Below are positions 37,619-52,248 of a DNA stretch of 64,000 nucleotides, in pieces. The stretch comes from Carcharhinus longimanus. Lineage: Eukaryota. The translations under genes were made by a program, and so were the position numbers. Positions within the stretch are counted from its first letter, which is position 1, and every line of letters begins with the position of its first letter. The stretch is taken from the NCBI GenBank assembly GCA_030264375.1, contig JASCQW010000162.1, positions 54,835,460-54,899,459 on the forward strand. The letters run 5' to 3'. The notes under the pieces were generated by a model. The model was not told the origin of the DNA. It did no database searches and saw nothing but the letters and a program-made list of their open reading frames with translations.

Positions 37619-38018
37619 CATATCTGTTACACCATCCTTAATTACTATCCCACTTCTGTTAACGTTTCAGTTCAATGACCTTTCATCACTTCTGAAGGTA
37701 ACTGGCTTGAAATGTTAACTGCTTCTCTCTTCACAGATACTGCCAAACCTGAGTATTGCCAGCATTTCTATTTTTATATCATATTTCTTGCACCCGCATG
37801 AACTTACTGACAGTATCCTGGCAAACTTAAGGAGGAATTAGGGTATTTTGCTTTGGCATATCTATTATTTCTGTTTGAAAGATAACCATCCTGTATGTGT
37901 AGCAGCAGCTGAGTCAACTCTAAATCACACAAGTTACATCTACATCAACAAGGGGCTGCTTGGGAATTAATGGATGACCCGCACTCAGACTGTAGCTTCC
38001 ATTCATTTATCCTTTTAC

Positions 38019-38075
38019 CTTGCAGATCTTCTGTGCATGAGCTCCTGACAAACTTCCTCCAAACACTGTAAAATC
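38019..38075 (-). CDS. PCCB: PCCB exon 4
   Basis: DFTVFGGSLSGAHAQKICK; AG/GT flanks; 57 nt. Confidence 0.97.
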
Positions 38076-39016
38076 CTACCAAAAGAAACAAGAATTATAA
38101 AATGAGCAACATACAACATGCATCAGTTTTGTACAATAATGTGAAGTTGCTTTACTTTTTCCATTGTATAACCAGCAAGTTTAAATACTGCAATACTCTT
38201 ACCCAATATCTAAAAGACAAAAACTATTCTCACCCTTATGCAGTAGCTTCAATAACACAAAGTTTACCAAGGCACTTCGTAAGTGTGACCATACCCCAGC
38301 AGGGCACAGAAGAAGTTAGAGATAGATCAGGAGGACAGAGGGATTTAAAAGACAAAACTTAACCCTGCAGGGTCAAGGTGGGCATATGCATTTTAAAACA
38401 ACCTGATCAGCCCACCAATATTTGTTTGCCAATCCAGCTTTTTTGTTAGAAGGTGGCAATATTTACCAGTGGAGTAACAGGGCAATTTTCATGAATTCAG
38501 CAAAATGTACATTTCAGTAATTTCTCAAATCTTCTACTCTCACAATAGCATCTCTTCATGCATTAGGTAATTTAACAAATTCTTAGAAAAGAATTTTCAT
38601 TTAGTTGGTATCAATGAGGTCCAGAATGTCAAAAGGGTCAAAGTTTTGTATCATTGGGGTCCAGATTATAGAAAATAGCCTAAAATACTGAAAGACTATT
38701 CAAGTCTCAACATTAAATTTATAGAATGTTTTCACTACCTTAATTCAAAGGGAACAGAGGGTCAGACAAAATAGTGAGTTTGTGCTCTCACTGATAGCAA
38801 AAGGAAAGTTGACAAACGTGCTGACCTTTCCAATTGAGGTAGTGGTATTTGAGATAGTGATTATTCATTTTTGTTCTTTCTATTATCATTCTTCAAATTA
38901 AGTTACATGCCATACTTCATTTCACCGATGCAATCAAAAAACGTTATCACTATGAGATTTAAAGCAAAACCTTGTGGTGGTTTAGATGTGTGAAATTTTT
39001 TCAAGAAGAGGAACTA

Positions 39017-39106
<90 letters not shown>

Positions 39107-40594
39107 CTATAAAATGGTTTAAAAACAAAGAAGAAACCAATAACAAATGAAGTTAGATGTTTGACAATGTGAAACCATACTGGATCAAGTGTAGGATTGA
39201 GATAGCACCCACTCAGATTCTTCAAAGCTCTAGGGCATTTTTTGGTACCTGATTGAACATGGAAAAGGAAGTACTAAAAACAATTATACTTTACAGAAAT
39301 ATTTTGCAGAGTGATGGATTTAATAAACATTATGAACTATACTACGCTTCTCTGCACAACAAGAGGAGAAATGTCATGACTGTGAATGGAATACTAGTAT
39401 ACCAAAATCAGCATTAAGCAATTTGATTTCAGAAAAAACTTTTGGATACAAAAATAAAGTTTTATTCTAATCTATCCCAACAATGTGCTTTCAGCCCAGC
39501 TCAGAAGTGTACTCCAGCAATATTATTTCTTTCTTTTAAATTTCTCATGCCAGCCATACCTCACAGGAGGTCATATGTGGGCAACTTTGTACTTAGGGCC
39601 CCTGACATTCAGGTGCTGGATTGATCACACCCCAACTGATTCCCCAGAAAAACTTTGAACACCAGTGCAGTTTGATATGAAATGAAACTGCCAAAGAAGA
39701 GGGCAGTATATTAACTCACTATAACCTGTCCCCATCACAATCTTGGTTGATCAAATACAGGTCGTCCTTTAAAGATACTTGCAATTGGGGACACATCTAA
39801 GAAAGCTCTATAATCAACTCACCAAGGATACATTTTAAAGTATTCTGTTTAGTTAAGAGAACTGAATTGCGCTTCAAAATTTCCTACATTTACATTGAAC
39901 AATGTGACTAATCTATTTTTGTAACAGATATGAGGTGATGATGCATTGAGCCAATAACAACAATTTGATTCTTTTTAAATGCAGTCCAATATTAAATTAT
40001 GATTTTAAACATAAACACTTGAAAACATTCAAACAGGAAGGTTCTACTTACTGGGAGAACTATCACTGTAACTTTTAAATAACTGCTTTGACTTGGAATG
40101 TTTTGCTGTAAAATTTTAATTTAATCTGTGTTGGATGTACTACCTATAACAATCTCAGGAAGCAAGATATTGTGTAAGCAAAAAAAAACTGACGAAGAAG
40201 GGGGCTTTTAATTAATTGGCAAGTTTGCCACAATGTGATACAATGTTTTTGGTACCCTCTTCAAAATGATAAATCATAAACCTTGATAAATATTTTGCTT
40301 GTCTCTAAAATACAGCTTTACAGAACAGTTTGGTGAATGATCCAGATCCCATACCTTTCAGTAATTGTTCCATCATTGTCATTAGTAATAAAGGAAATCA
40401 ATGCATAGGTACTGAGACTTGTCAAGTGTCATACTTCATTCTCCCAAACAGAATGCCGAGCCATTCTTTGTACCATTAACATTTGATGCAAGTGATAGCT
40501 TACATCAGCTAACAGTGGTTTTATTGAAGGAAATAGGCAAAGAGTTTTTTTATATCCCAAGATATTTCGCACAGGTAAGAAACAGTTGGTGAGC

Positions 40595-41160
40595 AATCGA
40601 AGATCAAACGTATGATTAAAAGGATAGGTTTTGAAGTATAAGGGGGATCATGTGGTGCAGAGGGTTGGACACTGTTACCTCATCTCCCCTGGGTTCAAAC
40701 CTAACTTGGACTAAGGGGACCCAGTTCTGTTGAATGAAGTTTCCTTAGTTAAGTAAGCAGTATCAATCCAATTCATCATGTGCATATGTACATAATACTA
40801 CCCCTAATTTGGCACTATTTAGTACACATTCACAAAAGTGACAGGATGTTAGTAGAGAGGAATTTCTGAGTGTGGAACAGAAATGTGCTGTTGAAAACAA
40901 CCGCTGCCCGAAATGGATTTATGCCCCATCAAAAACATCCTCAACTATGATAAGCATAAAATTCACAAAAATGTAAAAAAAAATTGAAATCAAATTATAA
41001 TCAAAAATTAATTAACTTCATTCAACAGAACTGGGTCCCCTTAGTCCAAGTTAGATTTGAACCCAGGGGAGATGAGGTAACAGTGTCCAACCCTCTGCAC
41101 CACATGATCCCCCTTATCCTTCAAAACCTATCCTTTTAATCATACGTTTGATCTTCGATT
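40595..41160. repeat. Near-perfect inverted repeat, 147-bp arms (40595-40741 and 41014-41160)
   Basis: Manual reverse-complement alignment finds 2 mismatches; 272-bp spacer. Confidence 0.95.
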
Positions 41161-41878
41161 AATTAAGGTGTGAAATTGGGAACATTGGGTAGGGGATAAG
41201 CAAGCACAAATGGGCTTCACTTGAAGTACAAATTATTGTTCAGCATCCAAGCATACAGAGAAATTTCCTCAAAAGACACAGACTATCTGTAATTGCGTAG
41301 TCAGATTGCTAGGGCTTGTTTTCCTTCCAAGTGGTAAAAAAGTCGTTTTCTAAAGCATGTCCGCTGAAGCGCAACACAATCCATAGCAAGTGGCACTCTA
41401 TTGCACAGAATTACCCTTGCTTTTTTGCCATAACAACATGTTAGCATGGAACTGTTTCAGCATCTTATTCATTTGTGCCATTCATCTGGCTCACCAAGTG
41501 ATAATGAAAACAAAATCTGAATCAACAAGTTTACATTAAAAGAAATTCTGAAGATGGGGGATGGAGTGAATGGTTTAAAGCATTCAATTTTTTTTTAAAT
41601 GGAAAAAAAATGATATTCTTCCCATGAATATCTTTTGTTTAATTCTCAATATTACTGATGCCTGAAAGGTCTGCATCTTCAAGCAGTAGATTTCTTGGAG
41701 CCTTGACAATCTTCAGGCCAGTCCAAAATATAGCTGCTGGCTCTCTGGAATATAATCTGTAATTTGCATCACTCCAGTGCCCATGGGAAAGGGACATCAA
41801 AATTTAAAACTGGATTATTTGTTTTTGCTATTAAAAAAGAGCATGCCACATTTATAATGAATATCTTGTTGCTGTTAC

Positions 41879-41998
41879 CTTATTGTCTTCTGTGCCCATA
41901 CCAAAATCTGAACACCTATGTTCTACAAACTTGTCATATTCTACAAAGGAGTCACGATCCAAGAGCAGCTGGACACGTTCCCTGGCAGTCAGCTTTCC
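41879..41998 (-). CDS. PCCB: PCCB exon 2
   Basis: [40 protein letters not shown]; AG/GT flanks; 120 nt. Confidence 0.97.
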
Positions 41999-44900
41999 CT
42001 AGGTGGACAAAATCATAAGTATTAATGACAAAGATGGCTTTAATTAATCTATGCAAATTAATATTTCAAGGAATAAAAAAAGAAACAGGAAAAGGGGGAA
42101 AAAAGGAAACAACTGTTATTTCCAAAATTTTTTTTTTATGAGAGCTTATGTATATATTGAAATTACAAAGAATTTGGAATGCCCTCAAGATTCACTTTGA
42201 AGCTTTCTTTTTGTCAAGTTTCTTAAGTACTGCAGTTTACCTGTTAAGGTACCACTGGTAATGCTACTGCTTAAATCTAACTTTCATGGAAGTTTCTGCA
42301 ACTTCCATATATTCAGAAATGAACTCTCCACCTAACTTACCAGGCAACTGAACATTAAAACTTGCAACATTATGAGTATATTTTGTGACTACAGGCAGCT
42401 ATAACTCACTATACAACAATTTGCATTCACATTGTGCTTTTAAGTAGAAACACACTTCAAAGCCTGATCAGACGAAATTGGATGCCAAGACAAAGTGGAA
42501 GATACAAGGAGGGATGGCCAGAAACTTGGTAAAGTGACAAGTTATGAAGAGGCTGGTAAGATATAAATGTTTAAAAATGGAATTCCAGAGCTCAGAATCT
42601 TAATCAACTAAAAGCACAAATATACTAGGCAGAGGAGGGAAGGATGCACAAAAATCCAGTCACTAAAACAGTAGGAATATGCAACTATATCGGCTTTTGA
42701 TTGAAATCTATGCATGCTGCTTTCCATACACAATTAAGAAAATAAGAATTAGCAATACTTTAAGCCTACACTCAATTGGTTTATATGTCATATTCATGAA
42801 ACAACAAATCATATCTGCAGTGGCTATACACATGCTGATGAATACCTTACAAGCACCAAAAACAAACCATCAATAAAGGATCAACAATAGTAAAGGGCAA
42901 AACAGAAAATCAATAAAGTTGCTCCAAATTCATTGTTATCTTGGCTTTGCATGAAAATCAACAGCTTGGTACTCCAAACAAGACTTGGAATGCAATAAAG
43001 ACATAGGAATGTACAAAAAAATTAATGTAACTTTGTAATTTGTGTGAAATTCTTTTACCTGAATGTTTGTCTCATATCAGAAATGGAACACTTGACAGTA
43101 ACCTAAAATTCTCTAGTCTACCTCTGTCTGCACCTAGCATGTAATTAAATAATTTCACAGAACTGGCCATTTGACATTAGCTGTGATTAAGGACACTGTA
43201 TTTTTTTTTTGTTTAAAAACATCAAGTTCAAAAGTTTATTTGTTACTTTAAATTCAAATAAGTGACAGGAAAACAAAAATTATTTACCATAGTTAAGGGA
43301 CTATCTATTTAGTAAATCAAGCACAGTATTGTGTAAAGTAGATGCACTTTGAAATATTGCCATTATTTAACGTTTAGTTATATGTTCTGAATAGTTACAG
43401 CAGCTGTCTCTATTTACTGATGCTTTATGCTTAGAACATAATGTCCAAGGTTACAAGGCAGAGGATAACAGGACCAGGGTGTGCAGTTGTAATTTAATCT
43501 GTGCTTTAAAGCCATATATTATGGACACAATAAATGCACGCAAGTGTAGGATTTGCACTTCACATTTTAGCTTTACAGCTGAACAAAAGATCAAACAAAA
43601 AATATAAAATAGTGTAATACCGAAAGGACGACATCAGTATATATTGGGTGGCGTGTTGTTTCAAATACAGAATCCTGGATTTTAACTAGGATTATTTAGA
43701 AAAAAATCTTAGCAACATTTTTTGCAACTTTGTTTGTAAAGTAGTAATAAGAAAATCTAGTTTAAATTTTTCTTCAGTTTAATATTTCTTGCTCCTGAAA
43801 CAGACTGGTGTCTGTTCACCAGTCTAGCTAGGAAACAGATGAGACATTGAGTCTCTCTCTCTCAAAGACAACTTTAAAGCAGAATTACAATTTGTATTAT
43901 TTTGGCTTAAAGCATTGCGTCTCAAATCTTCAACTGAGACCAAGGATGGCACAAACTGTAATACAAATTAAAAAGTTCTGTTCAAAATTGAAAGAGAATT
44001 TGATTCAAAAACAGATGTCATTTGAATTGTGCAATAATGGAGACATATTTTATTACATACGTATTTGTAGGTTTTGGCTGAGGAAAGATCTGTTTCCTAA
44101 ATAATCTGAGATTTTGCTATTCCAGCTGACCATAATGGACTGGCCACTGCCACCTTTGTTGCTAACTCCTCAGCATAGAGTACATGACTGAGGCAAATAA
44201 TGCTCGAGTGCTTAAATAGTAAAAGCTGCATAAATAGTTCCAAAAGCCTCAACTGAAAGCCAAATGTCCATTTTATCATGTAGATTTGAAGTGCTTACTC
44301 CTCTCTAAGATACATTGATAGACCAATGCTATGCAAGGGAAGCAAATGTATTTCTTCACCTACCTTCAGAGGGGAAGAAAATATTATTTTCTTTCCAGAA
44401 ATTAGTTTAAAAGATTATGTACTTTCACCATCTTTCACATACCCATTTCTAAATCTTTTACAGATATTCATATCACAGCTCCTTTCCATAACAACGTAAC
44501 TTTCAACTAGCCATAAAAAGTCACCAGAAATTTCCACATCTTAGACTTCGTCAGATAAACTTCCAGCAACAGGTTTATCCTAAAGTCTTGTACCTGTGTT
44601 ATTATTCTGAAGTTTCAGGGTTATCATGGAGCTGTGTTTAAACTAAACTGTCCCTTAAAGACCATTTTTTTCAGGGACTGGCTTTGGGAAAAAGTGCCTA
44701 AACCACATGGAGATCAACGGAGATTTATTTTGCTGGGATATTTCTGTAGATTTGAATTGTTGGTTACTGCTAGGGTAGAGATCAGCAAGAAATTGTCTTT
44801 CTTTTCTCAAATGTAATTTTAATTTCACACTGATTTTATACATTGTTACAAATGTAAAATAAAAGATGATCCATTGCATTTTAGCAATAGTACATCACAA

Positions 44901-45329
44901 ATTATTCAAAAGCAAAGGCTCAGGAAATTCAAATGGTTAAAATAAAAGGTGGTTCCTTGTCCTCAGAAGTCCTCTCAGGAAATGACAGTGCCTCCAGAAG
45001 CAAAATCTGCCACAAACAAATAACCAAAATATTTCTGCAGCAGAGTGCAAATTCACACTCACTCCACACCAAAGAAGATGGTTGTGGTTTGGTTGGAGCA
45101 AATGTTGCACAAATTCAATAACTGATCAATAAATATGCCTCCTTGCTCAAAATAAAAACATACCAATAGTATTGAAAATGCACACAAGGATTAGGGTCAC
45201 AAAAAAAAAGCTTTATTGCTGGCAAACTGACAGCAGTGTGCGAAAAAGTCTGTTCCATCATATACATCTGATAGGAGCTCGCATTGGAAAAAAACAGAAC
45301 CATGTGAGTGCCAATGTATTTGCTCAAGG

Positions 45330-47420
45330 GATGTGAACATTGCTGGCAAGGCCTGCATTTATCAGAATAACATGCAACTTGGGAAGAGAATTTGCAGATT
45401 TGGTGGCATTCCCATTTGTTGACTGCTCATCTTTCAGAAGGATTGGGGTCACAAGTTAGGAAGATAATGTTCAAGGAGCCTTGGTGAGTTGCTACAGTGC
45501 ATTTTGTAAATGATGCACACTGCCACCACTAGGGGAGGGAGTGAATGTTTAACGTATGGTGTGCCAATCAAGCGGGCTGTTTTGTCTGGAATGGTGTGGA
45601 GCTCGAATATTGATGGATTCAGTTATTTAGACAAGTGCGAAGTATTTCATCACATGCCTGACTTACGACTTATTGACAGATGACAGACTTTAGGGAACCA
45701 GGAGTTGAATTACTCGCCACGGAATTCTCAGCCTCTGATCTGCTGTTGTAACCACCAAATTTATATGGTTGTATCAGTTAACAGTAATCCCTTTTATTGT
45801 GGAGCATTTGGTGATTGTAATGCCACTAGATGTCAAGAGGAGATTGTTAGATTTTCTCTTGGAATTGTCCATTGCAAACCATTTGTATGACAAGAGCGTC
45901 ACTTGCCACTTAGCAGCCCAAACCTGAACAATGTCCAGTTCTTGTGTGTTGATAAAGACTGCTTCAGTATCTGAGTTACAAATGGTAATTGAAGAATGTG
46001 CAGTTAACAGTGTACATTCCCACTTCAAAGCATGTCGCAGGAAGAGCTCATCAACAACTGAAGATGGCTAGACCTAGGTCACCACCTGAGAAACTACTGC
46101 AGCAATATCGTGGATGAAAATAACCAGCCTCCACCAGCCATTTTCCTTTGTGCTAAGAATGATTCCAACCAGTGGTGCTCTCCTCCCAAAACGCACTGAT
46201 TTCAATTTTCTAGGGCTCCATGTTCAAATCCTCTGGGTGTCAAGGGTAGTCTTTCTCTAACCTCACAAATTCAGCTCTTTTGACCATGTTTGGACCAAAG
46301 CTGTAATGAGGTCAGGAGTCAAATGGCCCTGGCAGAACCCACACTGAGAATTGATGAATGCCAAGTGCCGTTTGATAGCACGAGCTACAGAACATACCTG
46401 GGCAATTTCTACATTGTCATGTAGATGCCAGTGTTGTAGCTGTACGAGAATAGGTTGGCTATGGGCTCAGCTAATTCTGAAGCACAAGTCTTCAGTGCAA
46501 ATCAGTACTCCAGTCAAGATGTTATCAGGGCTCACAGTCTTTGCCTTCAGCTAATTCTTGATATCACGAAGTCAAATTGGCTGAGAACTGGCAACCATAA
46601 CGCGAGGAACCACAGGAAGGGGCAGAGAAAGATCTGCTCTCCTCTTTGGTTGAAGATGATTGCAAAACAAGTTTTAGCTTTGCCTTGTGTGTTGCTCTGG
46701 TTCTGCCGACATTGAGGTTGGGGTGTTTATGCAGCCTTCTCCTCCAGTTAGTTGTTTAATTGTCCATCACCATTCATGACTGAATATGGCACAATTGCAG
46801 AGCCATTTGTTGTGACCCACTGGTTGTGGGATCGCTTCAATCTACAGAATCATATAAACCCTTCAGTGCAGAAGGAGACTATTTGGCCCATCAAGCCTGC
46901 CTCAACAATCCCACTCAGGCTATATCTGTGTAATCCCACCTATTTACCCCATTAATCCCCCCCCCTGACATTAAGGGCAATTTATCACAGCCAATCCACC
47001 TAACCACATATCTTTGGACTGTCTGAAGCACCCAGAGGAAACCCATGCAGACACAGGGAGAACATGTAAATTCCACAGACAATGACCTGAGGTCAGAATT
47101 GAATACAGGTCCCTGGCACTGCAAGGTGGCATTGCCAACCACTATGCGGCAGCAGTGCTAACCACTGTGCTGCTTCTGCTATCTATCTTGCACGCAATTG
47201 TGCAATGGCATTTTATATTAGGTATGCCTTGTGCTGCTCCTGGCATACTCTCCTAAACTCCTGACTGAATCAGGATTGGTCCCTTAGCTTGATGTTGAGT
47301 AAAGGCCAGGCCATGAGGTTACATATTTTGGTTGAAAACCATTCTGCACATGGATTCACAGTTGTGCGCTGCTAGGTCTGTTCTGAGCTGCTAGATCTGT
47401 TCTGACTTCATCCCAATTAG
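45330..47420 (-). mobile_element. Older degraded copy of the same LINE family, containing a nested SINE
   Basis: QELDIVQVWAAKWQV and nucleotide similarity to 36320-37580. Confidence 0.75.
46845..47168 (-). mobile_element. tRNA-derived shark SINE (HE1-like)
   Basis: Reverse complement of the same SINE family, nested in a LINE. Confidence 0.8.
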
Positions 47421-50400
47421 CGTGGGTCACCAAAAAAGATCATGGTGTCCTTTACCAGTGATCATTTAAACAATTAACCTGCGTACAGTTAAATCAAGAA
47501 TATTCTTAAGAGTTCATTACCTCAGTATTCTAGACTGTTAGCCTGGTTAAATCAGGTAAGTTTTGGGAGTTAAACGCTCTTACAAATATTTCCAGCTCCA
47601 ATACAAGCACATCTCCAAAACGTGGCTGAAATGCCAAGAGTTCTGACCTGGTTTGTCTTGAATATGAAAAATGACCCCTCATCAGTTGTTAACCGTGATT
47701 GTGTTTATTATTAATTAAATCTATGGCTTGTATCTGGGTATCCCACAACATTTTTTCTAAAGACAATGCTCCCAGGAAAGACCAGTTGAAAGTTGCAAAG
47801 ACAAATATTTGTTGTACTTGTCTGCCGATATTAAAAAAAATCCTAGATCATAAAATGTGTAGGGGAGTGGAACGTGATTCCAATCCAATGGAGCTCCACA
47901 GCAAGTTAGAATAACAATGATGAAAATTTTCACCATGGGTAAAACAGAAGTCAAATTAGGCTCTATTTAATTTCATCCCATGATCTGTCTGATCAAGACT
48001 GTGAGCATGAACTATGCTGCACCTTGTAAAAAAAAAGAAAACAAAAGACACAAGAACAACGATGCCACACATAAAAGGGGACAAGGACTTCAACATGCAA
48101 GAATTAATAACGTCAGGACACAAAGTCAACCCAAGACGATATGATAAAACAAGGACACTAAGATTATCATGACGCAAAACAAAGGAGGAAAGAAACACTT
48201 GGGGCATGTAAAAAATGTCATTTAACAGTCAGAGGCATGGAAATTTGAGATCCTTTGTAAAATAAAGCAACCAACAATAGCCAAGTTTCAGAATGACATC
48301 ACACAGATTTCCGGTTGCTGGTGAACATGGCGTGTATCATTTCTAGATTTCTAAAAACTATCTGCCAAATTGTAAATAAAACTGGACCTATAAAGTCAAA
48401 GTTGCAAAAACTTAACAAACCATTCCCAAAGGAAACATTGTTTACAAACAATGCAAGAAACAGAACAACAGTGCAAAATATCTGTACATCCCATGACATT
48501 ATATAGTCAATGGTCAACACCCAGGGTGTCCACATCATATGATACAGATTTGATTGCAATATATATCTTTACAAATATGAAAATGTAACATGTAAGATCA
48601 TACAGCAGGGGAATATAGGAAAGTCGTGCACAACAAGTATCTGTTTGATGTGTTCATTTCAATTCCCACTCCTATTTCTACATTCATTGCCTGCAACCTT
48701 TGTTACCTATCTCTTTCTCCCCTTTTTCTCAAAACAAAAAAACCACAAAAAACAAACATTTATAATAATTTTTATGCAATTGTAGTTTACGGGGTACAGC
48801 AGCAGTATTCAGCCAAACACAACAGCTTCAGCGATGATATTACCCATGGCATTTCATTTCTTAAATTTTAATTTCAAACCTTGTGAGAGGGTCTTTGGCT
48901 TAGCAATAGGTCTATCACTGCTCAGTCCAGAAAGGCTAGAAATATAGGCCTACTTTAAAGGTCAAACATGGGGCTTACACATCAACACAGCACAAAGTAC
49001 AGTGTGTCATATAGCTAGATTCCCAAGATTGATTCCTTTATTGCTTTCAAACAGCAACCAAATTGACACTTGTATTGTGGAATAATTCCAGTAATATCCT
49101 AGTGCAGCCCAAGTGTTTGTACATTATCACCATGAAACATATGAATTATTGGAAATGAAATCAAACGCTCTTACCGCTCACCTATAAGCTCATTTTATTA
49201 GCACGCCATTGTTAGTCATCTTATTTGTTTCTATAACTGAATATTTGTGAAGTAAACAGAGAAAGGTAATTAGATGCAACAATTGAACAGGAAAAGGCCG
49301 GTAAATCCCTTAAACCTATCCATTCTTCCACTGATTTAAATGCCATTTACCTATCCATTCATAGTCACCAAACTCTCCCTCTTAAAACTCCTTAAATAAT
49401 CCATTTAAAAACTTGTATGTGTTTTCCCCACTTCTTATCAGAGCTTCATTTTTCTTTGACCATCTAAAAAATTAAACAACTGCAAAGAAATAGCAGCATA
49501 AAGGTGATCCAGGCCTGACTAGCAGTGTCTTATAAACTGAGAGCTCATACTCCTTTGAAAGAAAGATAACAGGGAAGAGTCACAAACATATTCAAGTGAA
49601 GAAAGTGTTACTGGATATTGATTTAAACAAAATGCATTTTAGGAAATGCTTGAAACTTGTTTCACAGTTTCTTACATTAATTGATAATCTGATAGACTGC
49701 ATCAAAGAGGAGTGCTGTGTAAACAGTGGAAACTTTAAAACTCGCAATATCAGCCAAGGTTGTAACAGTACATATTTTTCTCAACACTGTTTTGTTTGAC
49801 TGAAGCTATTCAAACCAGATTGATAGAAGAATCAGTGAGACAAACTCCAGATCTCCTGTTTACTAGGCAAGTGTTGCAACCAGTTAAGCCACAATCTGTA
49901 ATATGGTCCACTGTTGGGTAAACATTTAACTGATTATAAGGAACAACTCATTATTTATTAACTATTCATTCATCGCAGCTGTCCGTCAATTCAAAGATGA
50001 TGTGTGCAGCACATTTACCAGAATATTCACTGGATCCCAAATATTCAACTACAAAGACAGATTACATAAACTAAGATAGCATTCCCCGGAATTTAAATGA
50101 TTAAGGGGCAATTTGATCAGAATTTTCAAGATATTACAGAAACAGAATAGTTAGAGAAACTTTTTCTACTAGTTGAGTCCAGGAAGACTGTCTAAATATC
50201 AAGAGACAGACCTTCAGGAGTGAAATGAGAAAACACCACAGAGGGAGACAGAAGCTTCGAACTCCTTTCTTCAAATTGAATCTGATGCTAGATCAATGTT
50301 AAATTTACATCTGAAATTGATACAGCTTTATTAACCAAATATATAACAGGATATGGGACAAAGGAGGGTATATGGAGTTTGGTCACAGATCAAATCATGG

Positions 50401-50594
50401 CTACCTCACTGAACGGTGGAACAGACTTGGGAGGCAAAATGGCCCTCTTCTATTCCCTTGTATTTTGTTTTTTACAAACACACCAATACAAGCTGAAACT
50501 GAATAAAATAAGCTTCCAAAGAGAGAGAAATAAGCTTTGTTCTACAATGTTGAAACCGAGGCAACATCAAGAAGAGAGAAACAAAGATTAGATG

Positions 50595-50920
50595 CAAAAG
50601 GCTTGTACTCGTTAGAGTTTAGAAGAATGAGGGGAGATCTCATTGAGACGTATAAGATGATGAATAGGATGGATAGGATAGAGGTGGAGAGACTCTTCCC
50701 GCTCAGAAAGGACAGTAGGACTAGGGGGCACAGCCTCAAGATANNNNNNNNNNNNNNNNNNNNNNNNNNNNNNNNNNNNNNNNNNNNNNNNNNNNNNNNN
50801 NNNNNNNNNNNNNNNNNNNNNNNNNNNNNNNNNNNNNNNNNNNCATGATCTTATTGAATGGCGGGGCAGGCTCGAAGGGCTAGTTGGCCTACTCCTGCTC
50901 CTATTTCTTATGTTCTTATA
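50595..50920 (+). mobile_element. CR1/HER1-like LINE 3' end
   Basis: GLYSLEFRRMRGDLIETYKMMNRMDRIEVERLFPL; tail CCTACTCCTGCTCCTATTTCTTATGTTCTT. Confidence 0.88.
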
Positions 50921-52026
50921 AGACGTGGATGCTGAGATGGATGTGTGGAGTGACAAAGAAGGGCAAGCTCAGGAACCAGTACATCAGGTTAGTGCAGATT
51001 GCAGCATCATCAAGGAGTTAACGAATATATCAGTGAGAGAGAGGACATTTGGTGACAGGAAGTTCCTAAGACCAGATGGAATAATGTGATGGCAAGAAGT
51101 TTATATACAGTAAGATTGGAAGAGGAATAGGTGACTGACAGGAAACTATGCAGAAGGATGATCAAACAACATTGTGACAACCCCCAAGTAAAACGGGAGA
51201 AGTTGAAAGGAGAACAAAAAATGGACACAGTAAAGGAGATTTTTATTAAAGAAGCTACACTAAAAAAAATACTAAGCAAACTAAATGTTTGAAGACTGAG
51301 TCCTTACTTAAGCAATGAATGCTGGTTTTGTATGACTTGACAATACAGGTATTCAGAGCAAATGAACGCTCAGCTCAAACGTTCTCATTTGTTACCTATT
51401 TACAAATTTTAAAATGGGAGATAAAGTGTTACATTAATGCATGAATTTATCACAGACATTTTTCTAGTTGCAAGAAATATAATTAAAACTTCCTTGCGAA
51501 TTAAATGTTAAAAACGCAAAGAATTTTATTAATACCTGATTTACATTAAAAACAGCTTAAACAAAATAACTGACGTCGTCGAGTTCTTGAACACTTGTTA
51601 TGAAAATGCCCTTCACAGCCGGGTAAACATGGCTAGGTAGACTTTCCCCAACACCCAAAAACAGACTGTAAACTAACTTAGTTTAGCTCCCATCGTTTAT
51701 CCCACGATGTATGCTTCGTATTCTTGAGTAAGAGAGAACAATTCAATCAACAGAAACGCAGAGTCTTCAAGACAGGTTATGTTATTGCACTGAAGTACTG
51801 GTGATTATTCAGTACAATCAGGATTAGTGATCCAACTGCTCAGCCTTGGGGACGAGGACTCCTCACCACGCTTGAGGACCATAATCGCAGTTCTGAACGA
51901 TAGCGAACTTCCCAGATTAAACAACAGCAAGAATTACAGAGAAGAAACAGGCTTGAACGTGTAGTCGTTACGGTTTAATAATTCCCAGCCGATAAAACAC
52001 TGCCACGGATGATATGCCAAACGTAC

Positions 52027-52248
52027 CCGCTTGTGCTGGGCATCTATCCTGTGCTGACCTCCACCCAACATCGCTCTCTGAGACTTCTGATCGATCCTCT
52101 CTTGCACGGTCAAGTTGCTGATTGAATACCATCGCCTCCGCTCCTCGGTAGTTCTGACCGCTGACAAAACGGATGAGGCGTATTTACTAACCCGCCAGCT
52201 GCCTGTCAGCAACCGGGAGCAACATAACACTGCCGGGCCCACCGCCAT
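52027..52248 (-). CDS. PCCB: PCCB coding exon 1 (mitochondrial transit peptide and N-terminus)
   Basis: ATG at 52248; translates MAVGPAVLCCSRLL...QERIDQKSQRAMLGGGQHRIDAQHKR, followed by donor GTACGT; 222 nt; the LGGGQxRIDAQHKR motif is typical of PCCB. Confidence 0.93.

Noticed and set aside
43610-43660. CTGATG...CCTTTCGG segment as a possible hammerhead ribozyme
   Set aside because: Lacks a correctly placed CUGANGA/GAAA core and flanking stems
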